DNA from: Intoshia linei
Taxonomy: Eukaryota; Animalia; Orthonectida
DNA length: 64,000 nt
Direction: 5' to 3'
NCBI GenBank assembly: GCA_001642005.1
Contig: LWCA01000046.1
Coordinates: forward strand, 3,874-67,873
The notes beneath the pieces were generated by a model. It made no database searches. It was given only the letters and a program-made list of their open reading frames with translations, and had not been told where the DNA came from. The position numbers and the translations under genes are program-made. Positions 54,201 to 64,000 of this stretch are shown here, one piece after another (positions within the stretch are counted from its first letter, which is position 1; each line of letters opens with the position of its first letter).

Positions 54201-57200
54201 TAACCACTATTTAAATACTTAAGTATTTAAGTTATGGAGTTTTAAAAAATTTTAATATCTGATAACAAACATACCAATATTACAACAATACAACCTGTCG
54301 ATCGCAAATGATTTTCTAGTCGATCGCCAAAATTATAATTAATTTTTTATTTTAATAATATTCGTCATTAAAATGATTTCTATTTTAAAACAATTTATTA
54401 TAATATTGATAAAATTTAATTGTATTTATATATTGTTAAAAAGAATTTAATTATATGTGGAGTGGGTACCGAAACTATATTTATTTAATCCCTTCTCTAG
54501 CAATATTATTAAATGATGTACTTGCTACATTAAATTATAATATTTGGATTAGTCCATTATTTATTATACTTGGTTTGGCCGATAATTTTCAAATATACCG
54601 CGAAAGTGCTTCGAATTATTCAGAATTTTAATTTTTATGTTTTCTACGATCATCCTTTTTAATTTTTAACATAGGTTCCGATCAGAAACATTTTTCTAGT
54701 CAATGTATTAGTCGATCGACACTCACTGAACATTTTTAAAGTCGATCACATAAAAAAAAAGTTGGGCACCCCTGTACTACACAATGTAACATGTATATTA
54801 TACATAGTATACTTTTTATAATGATTAATTTTAGATTACTTCAGCTGTAATGAAGGAAAATGCATTAAAAATGAAGATTTATGCGATCAATATAATGATT
54901 GCATTGATGGGTCTGATGAATTAAATTGCCGTATATTTTTAAAGACGTTTATATATATTTAATATTTAGCTAATAAATTTTATAAATTATTATCTCTTAC
55001 TACTGGAACCATTACGTTCTCCGTCGGTTCGACAAAATATAATGAATACAAATGGCTTATATCTTCTACACCTGGAAATCGAATTCTACTAAAGGTTACA
55101 TTTTAAATTAATACTAGGTTGACTGCTATGTACTACGTACAAACAGGACCTAGCTCTGCCGAGAGCACATTTTTTGTTTTAATAAAATATTTCGGAAAAA
55201 ATATATATGAATATTAAAACGCTTTTATGACCATGATTGTTTTAAATTCTAGGGCTGTTTTCATTAAAAAATTAAGGGTCATTTGTGGTTTTGGCCCTGA
55301 AGATATAATTTTTTTAAATTTAAATTTATGATAATGTTTATGATTTTAAAATCTGTATCAGCGTATATATTTTTTTAAATTTTCCAACTTGTTTGATTTT
55401 AAAAAAAAAAAAATTGGGGTTTCTAACCAGTAAGATGTGAGTTTGGGAGGTTAAAATTTATTTTGCGAACACCCGGGAAAAACTGTAATTGAAATGGAAA
55501 CTTTATAAAATTAAACCATTTTATATATAATATAAGAATATAAATTAATATATATATAAGACGAATATAATTATAAAATAAGACGGATATTTATTTAATT
55601 CAAGTGGAACACACACAAAAACAAAAATCGCGTAACATATTATATAAGTAAGGATTATTTTGGCACCAAATGAATAACTGCAAAATATTTTACATAAATA
55701 TATATTATATGCTGTGAAAGCCATCTTATAAATTATATTTTAATGGTCATTAAAAAACCGCACCCGATACCTCTATATATTATTAATATCATATTCTTCA
55801 ATTTGAGCTATTTTAAATTTAAATTTAATATCAAAACTCTAGAAAAGATGGTTAGAGCTATATGTACTATACATATAAAAATTTTTGTGGATATATTTTG
55901 TTTTTCGTTATTTACAGCATTGTATTTGGTTTTGCTTGATAAGACATGTTTAGGAACCTCTGCCTTAAAGCAGCGTTTCCCAACCATTTTGCTCTGGGTC
56001 CAAATTTAATTTGATTCCTAGAATTTTAACAAATATACATTAATAATCAAATTTTTCAGAGCATAAATTAAAATAAATGTCAATCTCAGAAACTTACCGC
56101 TTTCCGGTGAAAAACCCTAGTTCAATTATATTACTTGATTAAATTTAAACATATATTGATAATTTGTGTTGCGGCTGTGATTATCAAATTCGCACCGGTT
56201 GGGTTTTTTAATCATTTGTGGATAATTTTTATTACATTTTATTTATTTGTAAATTTAGTTTACACAATTTATTTCTCAAAAAGATATTGATATTGTAAAA
56301 ATATATAGTGGAGCAAAAAACACTATAGACTCGACATGTATTGCAATTTACTCTGGAGTTTTAACTGCCGATCAGTTATCTCTGGTCAGTTTAGATAATA
56401 ATGTTATTATCGAGTTTATACCTTCTTCTGTTACATCAACATTTTCTTTCACGCTTTCTTATAATGCAGGTAGTTTATTTTTTATTTTTATAATAATAAT
56501 AATATTAATAATAATTAATTTATTATATAGTAAATATTATAATTACTATAATTGCTTCTAATTAAAACATGAAATATTTAGTGGATGATCAAGAATTATC
56601 GAAAAAGGAAATTTTAAAAGCTAAGACTACATTGATTGATTTAACATCACCAAACTACCCTAATCCGTCATATGGTCTATTTCAAAAATATTGGGACATC
56701 ATTGGAGTAGAAAGATCTGTGATTACATTGACGGTAATTATACATATTGTATAAATTAAAAAATGTAAGTAAAAATTATTGATCAGGAAAATTCGAATTA
56801 TAATTCTATGATGCAGAGGTCATCATTATGGTACACTGGATGAAATTAAAATAAAATTTAATTTATACCTGTGTATGTTACTGTTTTATTAAAAAATTAA
56901 TTATTCTAGAATTTTGTCTTTAATTTTTTAATAATTTTGACTTGTACGAGAAATTTGAATTTATTTTATAGATTAAAGATTTACATTTGGAGAAACAAGC
57001 CACAGTTCAAATTATAGATAATAATAATGGTAATCCCATAATATTGGCAAATTACCACAATGAACAATTTTGGAAGAAAGAGATTAGCGTAATATCAATA
57101 ACAAACATTGTTTCTGTTGTTTTAACAAACAATTACAACGACAAGGCGTATTTTAAACTTAGTTATATGCAAGGTAATTTTTGGATCAATTTTTACATTA

Positions 57201-60200
57201 TAATAATTAACAAACTTTTGATAGCATTTAAAAAAATTTAAATTTAAAAATTAAGGTTGTGGATTCAATTTGAAAGCAATGAAGGGTGTGATAAGTTCAC
57301 CAGGATTTTCATTATTTGACTATCCACCAAATCAAAAGTGCGTATGGACGATTGAACCAACAAACTATCCATTTTCATCCTCTTTGACACTAAAAAGATC
57401 ATTAGCGTCTGATAACTACAAAATTTTTATTGATGATTTTTTGATTGTAAATTCTGTTGATGCTAATAATAAAGAAATTTCCATATTTGAAAGTAAAAAT
57501 GATATTGGAGCTTTAAATGACTTGGTTTTGGTATCTGCTACTGGAAAATTTACCGTAAAATTTAACACGAATGCAATCAATCAAGCTTCCGGTTTTCAAT
57601 TGACATTTTGTATTGATTGTACTGATCCCAAAATTGATAAGTTTACCGTTATGACTCCAAACACTCGAAAAATTGGAGACAAACCTGTTTTTACATGTCT
57701 GAAGGGTCACGTATTTGTACAGGATGCTTACAAAACACAAAATTCAATTAATTCTGAATGTAAAAGTGACGGTTGGAGTATTTGTCCCATTCCGAATTGC
57801 CAACGTATGAATATCTTTATATTTTATTTAATATATTTATAGCTATTGTGTGCGGGAATCCCATCATTGATGCAAACACTATATTAATTTCTAAAACTGG
57901 AATTGTTTATCAATCGGTAGCAACTTATAAATGTACTCCAAATTCTATACTTGATACTTCTGTAACTACCGTGTTAACTGCCACGTGTCTTGACACTGGT
58001 AAATGGTCCACCTCTCCAAAATGCAAAGGTGAAATAAATTTTGTAAAAATTTAATTTTTTAATTTAGTTGTAAGCTGCCCAGTTATAGTTATTGTAAATG
58101 GAGTAGCAACAAAAACATTTGGAACTTTAACTGAAGTTAATTCGATATATTCCGTCAAATGTAATCAAGGGTATTATACTTCCTCTGTTAATTTGGTTAA
58201 ATGCGGAATCGATTTGAAATGGTCTCCTACATTACCTAGTTGTTTAGGTATGTATTTTAATTTGTAGGTATTAATTAAAATTTAGCTGTGTCATGTCCGA
58301 CTAGAATTTACCCTTATTCTGATTATGTTAAAACTAACATTGATTTGAAAATTTTGAAATATAAGGAATCTACTCCAGTTTCCTGTTTGGTTGGATTTAA
58401 AGAGAAAAATGGAAAAACTACAGTTGAATGTCAAATTAGTCAACTTTTAACAGATTTTGAATGCATAAGTAATATAATTAAACTAGCTTAATTATTATTT
58501 CACATTTTTTGTTTTAATGAAATATTTCAAAAAAAAATATATGAATGCTAAAAAGTTTTTTTGACCGTGAATTTATCACTTATTCGGATTAAAATTTGCT
58601 GTATGTGTTAACAGGATACAACTGTACAACCTGTAAATTTTATGAAATTCTAGGGATATTTTCATTAAAAAAAGAAAGGTAATTTAAGGTTTTGGCCCTG
58701 AAGATATAATTTTTTTAAATTTAAATTTATGGTAATGTTTATTATTTTAAAATCCGGATCAGCGTATATATTTTTTGAAATTCCTTAACTTGTTTGATTT
58801 TTAAAAACAGAAATAACTGGGGTTTTTGACCCGTAAGATGTGAAATTAGGAGGTTGAAATTTATCTTATTATACGTCGCGGAAAAAACTATAATTGAAAT
58901 GTGGTCTTTAAAAAATTATAAGACTAATAGTTATTTCAATAAAGTGGAACACACACACACACACACAAACAAAAATCGCGTAGCATATTATATAAGTTAG
59001 GATTATTTACACAACACAGAAATATATGTAAACTACTGTTTTAGAAAATATTTTTACAATTATAATAACAAATGATAAAATTAGATATCGATGAATGTGC
59101 CACAACTAAGCCATGTGATGTTAATTCAGTGTGTGAAGATTTATTAGGTGGATACAAATGTAATTGTAAAGCTGGATACTCTCAAAAGGATCAAAATACG
59201 TGTCAAGGTTTAAATTATTAATTTATGAGCAATTATTAGCTGGGGGGCACCTGTTATCATAAACAATGAAAGGGTTAATAAAAAAATTATTTACATTTTT
59301 TTTAAAGTTTGAGTTGATTTTACAGTATATTCTTGACAAATAAAATATTTGAAGGGGTTCATAGATTGAACAGTTTAAAATTCCATCATAATATAATAAT
59401 AATTATTGTATATAAAATAATTTTAGATATTGATGAATGTCTGGTAAATAATGGCGGTTGTGAGGAAAAGTGTACCAACACTTTGGGTTCATATACTTGT
59501 AGTTGTACGACAACGGGTAAAATAATATATTCTGCGGCAAACTTGAATAATATTCCTTTGGGAACTAATGAAGACGGTACAAAGGTTGGAGACATTCCAC
59601 GAATTCAACATTCTTGCATCTGTAATTTGTACAATATAAAAATATAAAGTTTAATAGATAAACAATGTACTCTGCCGACATTAGTTGCAGCTGTTGATAA
59701 ACCTTTCAGGGTGGTATCACCGGTTAAATCAAAGACAATCATTTATGTTGGCGAAACTGTTTATTATAGTTGCAATCTTGGATACATTATAACTGGTGCT
59801 GCGTTTCACAAATGTTTAAATGGCGAAACAATAGTTGCTCCAACTTGCGCTCGTAATTTATAATTCATAGAGAATAATTTAATATTTGATTTAAATAACT
59901 AGCTTTTGAGTTTTATGTATTTTATAAAAACAATAGCTAGCTCTGCTGAGGGTAACTTTTTAATTTTAAAACCGATTTCTTAATTTATTAGACAATGAGT
60001 ATATGATTTTAAAAAGAATCAAATTATAGTTATACCCCGAAAAAATAGTCATAATAAACATGAATCCGAGAAAAAATAAAATTTAAAATACACATTTTAA
60101 ATGTACCTGTAATACATAATTTTTTTTTCTATTGTCCCACTTTCCACGTCTAACTTACCACGTCTCATGTTTAAAAAAAGGGTATATGAGTTTCGTCTGA

Positions 60201-63200
60201 GAAGGATATATAGTTTTTATAATGGACATTAATCTTAATCTTTATGATTTTAAGTGATTTATGATTATTTATGATTTTCAAAAAAAAGGATAATTGGGTT
60301 TTTGACCCGTAAGATGTGAGTTTCGGAGGTCGAAATTTATTTTACTTTTACCCGGAAAAAATTATAATAGACTTTATAAATTCTAAGACTCGTAGTTATT
60401 TAAATAAACGATAACACACACAGATGAACAAAGCATTTTATATAAGTAAGGAAAGGATAGGTAGATTTTATTAAATATATTAATATATATTTAGAAGCAA
60501 AATGTGTTATTCCTACCGCACCAATCAAAAATGCTCCAGTATTAACGCCAACCTTTGGAAGTAGTGTAAATTTTGGAGATAAAGTTTCCAAAAATTGTGC
60601 AGGTATTCAAAATGGTGCAACAACGGATCTATTTTGTATTTATGACTCTACAGATAATAGTTACAAGATACATTACGGAGCATCTCTAGAATGCCCAGGT
60701 TTTATCATTTTGTATATAATTTAATTTTTAAACAATAGTTATTGACTGCGGTGTGCCTCCAACTGTATTGAATGGTGATTTAGTTTATACATTAACTTAT
60801 GTGGGTTCAAGTGTTGCGGTCAATTGCAAAACGAATTTTCATTTGGCTGAAGATGTTAATAAAAATAGTAAATCTGTTTTGTGTAAAATTGATACAGGAG
60901 GAACTCATGCTTATTGGGATTATCAAAGTGTTGAATGTGTTGGTAATTTTGATTGTTTTATTTTGTATTTATGATTTTTTAGCGATTAGTTGTAAAGAAC
61001 CTACTTTACCTGCTGAGGCAACATATACTTTCCCGGATCTAAACAATAAAAATTTTGGAGTTGGAACAGTATTAACTATAAGTTGTAGTCTAGGATATAC
61101 ACCAAATGTAGCAACAATGACGTGTACGGTTGCAAATAACGTCCCCGCTTGGAACCCTGTGGCAATTTTGTGTGAAGGTATTTCACTTGTATTATTTTTT
61201 ATTATTATTATTATTAGAATTTACTTAAAAAAAATTTAGATAAAGAAAAGCCTGTTTTTACTGCGTGTAGTACGGCGGTTTCTTTTGAAAGTGGATCTTC
61301 ACCAATAATATCAGTGACAGTCACTGATAATTCTAATCACTATGTAATAACAAATGATTATCTCGGTTTTCATTTTACAACTCTACCAGCAATGATCGCT
61401 CCATTAACCATTATTTATACAGCTACGGATCCCTCGCAAAATAAAGCAACATGCACTGCAGTTTTAACTCCATATGGTAATTTTTAGTTTAATTATAAAT
61501 AATTTATAATGTAGATACTGCACATGTTTATTTTACATGCCCTACGTCGTATGTAATAAAAGTCAATCCTAGCGGCAGTGTGCCAGCATTTGATATTGCA
61601 AAAACTCCAGTGACAGGAGCCGTCGGATTTTCATTAGTGACTGATTCAGCAACTGTGAGTGCAGTCGATGTAGGAAAAATCAATGTTTTTAAAATAACTG
61701 GTACCAAAGGCATGCAAAAAGGATCGTGCTATTATAGTTATTCTGTCGAATTAAGTATATTATCGTTAATTAACATTTTATATCGAATTTAGATCAATGC
61801 ATGAGTAATGGATTAACTCAAATAAAAAACGCTGATATTACCTATACTACAGACGTCAACAATGATTTTGTTGCTAACTTGAAATGCAAGGCTGGTTTTG
61901 TTTTTATGAGTACAGGACTTGACGCGGCTGTGTATAATTGTAAACTTGCCGATAATCTTTGGAAAAATGGAATCAAAGTCATTGAAGATTGTGTCGGTAA
62001 ATAAAAATAATATAAAAATAAATTATAAAAGATACACCTGTATAAATGATTTAATTGATATTTTAGCCCAAACGCCTAGTAGCAAAACGACAAAAGTGGT
62101 TCACACTTACGCTACAGCCAGTTTGTTGACTCAAATATGCATGGATGGACATTTAGCTGCGTTTAAAGTATTTGAAGCAACATTATTATTAACGTTGACA
62201 AACATATGCAAACAAACATATACTGTACCCGGTGGTTGTACGGCAACTACCTCTAATCATGCTATTGCAAAAATTAATGATAAAGAGGTTTCTTTTATAT
62301 GTCTATATTACGCTGTATTCATTTTTGACCTGTTTCTTCACTACCTTCCCTCCGTTTTTTTAAGATCAAGAGGAAAATAAACTTTTGAGAAGACTATTAT
62401 ATACTATTTAAAATTACTGATACAAATATATAAAAATTACTGAAGGGACTTTTTGAGAAACAAGCATGTTTATTTATTTCTTGGTTTATGTTTATTTGAT
62501 TTTGGTTATTATTAGGTTTTTAAAGTTATGAAATACCAATATCGCCTATATGATTAATATAATAATTTCAAATTTTAGTATACAATAACGGTTATTTTCT
62601 CATTCTTACCAGACAGTTTGTATGCTGTGTATATTGCTCAAATGAAAGTTTTTCTTGACAAAATTGTGGCATTTCCAGCAAACATATTAAAAACAACAGG
62701 TTGCGTAGATGCTACATATGGTTCATATGCACTGACATTAACTGAAACATGTGCGGCTAATCGTATTAAGAAATTGATTGGAACCTACAATTTTTGCTGT
62801 AAAATTTTTATTATTGCATAAGTTACTATTAGTAATTATCATTTAGTGGCTTGTCCTGCTGGTACAAAAGCAGTTACTACCAATACCGTCGTGACGTGCC
62901 CAGTTTGCGCAGTTAATACATTTTCAGCTGCAGACTCTTTGACATGCACTGCCTGCCCCACCGGTAAAATTACAGTAGCTACGGGATCATCCTCTGCAAA
63001 CGATTGTATCGGTACATATTTTTATAATGATAAATTTGGTATAAAATGATATTTAATTTGTTAAATAGATACATGCACTTCCAAGGGATGGATAGCTACT
63101 AACGCAGAACTTTACAAAATTTGTAAACTTTGTCTTATAACAGAAAAATTCGATGCTGCACAAAATAAATGCGTAGCATGTACTGTGGGTGAACAATCAT

Positions 63201-63639
63201 ACGATCTACGCACTACTTGCACAGCTAAATGTTTAATAGGCGAATATTCGCCGACAGGATATGGTCCATGTAAGTCGTGTCCCAAAAACTTTTATCAAGA
63301 TTTAACTGGGCAAATGACATGCAAATCATGTGGCGCAGCCAAAGTCACACTGGCTGAGAAGGCATCTGCTATCGCAAGTTGCGTTGCTAACACAGATGCA
63401 GGAGGTTTATTTTAACATTATATTTAATATAATTGCTTTAGTATGCCCTGCAGCATGTGCTGGTGCTTGTTCAGTAACTAAATTTATTGCGACGTGTAAT
63501 ACATGTGGGAATGGACTTGAGCTACCAGATTGTGTCAAAGATAAAGCTGTTTGTGCTAACCATATTTGTCATTATAAGGGAACATGTGCGATAGACAAAA
63601 CAAAAAACCCGGCTAAACCAAAATGCACTTGTGTTCCAG
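51256..63639 (+). CDS. uif: Uninflatable-like paralog B, 5' part (28 exons, about 1,780 aa traced; continues beyond the window)
   Basis: Exon 1 (51256-51324) reads [23 protein letters not shown], then [11 protein letters not shown]|[13 protein letters not shown]. Exon-by-exon homology and matching splice phases with paralog A run through the lectin, LDLa, CUB, CCP, EGF, HYR and GCC domains. No stops or frameshifts seen. Confidence 0.85.
54290..54774. mobile_element. hAT MITE remnant
   Basis: Right TIR GTTGGGCACCCCTG; repeated subterminal GTCGATCG motifs at both ends; left TIR truncated. Confidence 0.5.
55114..55654 (-). mobile_element. Non-autonomous Helitron, complete copy
   Basis: A|TCCTTAC 5' end; same double hairpin and CTAG|T 3' end as 4285-4772. 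Confidence 0.78.
58483..59002 (-). mobile_element. Helitron family copy
   Basis: A|TCCTAAC 5' end; CTAG|T 3' end; body matches the family. Confidence 0.72.
59899..60457 (-). mobile_element. Helitron family copy, internally rearranged
   Basis: A|TCCTTTCCTTAC 5' end; CTCAGCAGAGCTAG remnant at about 59937-59950; CTAG|T at 59899. Confidence 0.6.
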
Positions 63640-64000
63640 GTTTTTTCAATTCAAATTTATTAATATTTTGTATTACACCTTTTCTACACATTGTATGTTA
63701 TATATTAAGGGTGTGAACGAATTTTTATATCAAAAGTGCACCCTTGCACCATATGAACATTATAAAAATATTCAATTTGCACTCAATCTTACCACTCAAC
63801 TGTTAAAAAAATCCTGAGGCATCGCCTCTGAAGTTTTGAACAACATATCGCTCACAGTAACTAATATATGATAATTTTGTTAAAAATATTATTTTAAATA
63901 TAAAAATTTTTATACATATAGCTAAAATATAAAGATATATAATATATATAAAGATGCGCAAAATTATCGTCTAGCGAATCATGAACGCCGAATTGATAAA

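Noticed and set aside
20328-61713. Antisense and alternative-frame ORFs in the track (for example 20328, 29231, 39979, 43093, 59386, 61528)
   Set aside because: They are shadows of real exons on the opposite strand or in another frame.

Overview
Very AT-rich animal genomic DNA with many tiny (about 33-45 nt) GT-AG introns. This would fit a compact spiralian genome such as an orthonectid, but that is inference only. Four host genes can be spliced together by hand: MRPL38 (+, 957-3799), THOC2 (-, 20650-6508), and two head-to-head paralogs of the giant cell-surface protein Uninflatable (uif-A, -, 49810-24461, complete; uif-B, +, 51256 to beyond the window end). Introns and spacers hold a non-autonomous Helitron family, hAT MITEs, a Ginger-like TGT..ACA element and a truncated piggyBac. 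The most striking signal is that the ~1,780 aa of uif-B visible here contain ~120 Asn but no usable N-glycosylation sequon, while uif-A keeps sequons at homologous sites. Both paralogs also lack the discoidin domains of insect Uif, and uif-A has a 24-repeat cysteine-rich stalk. The 5.1-kb block between the two N characters (13141 and 18248) is probably a mis-scaffolded contig. A candidate Sm-site small RNA lies at 26438-26527. All translations and counts were done by eye.
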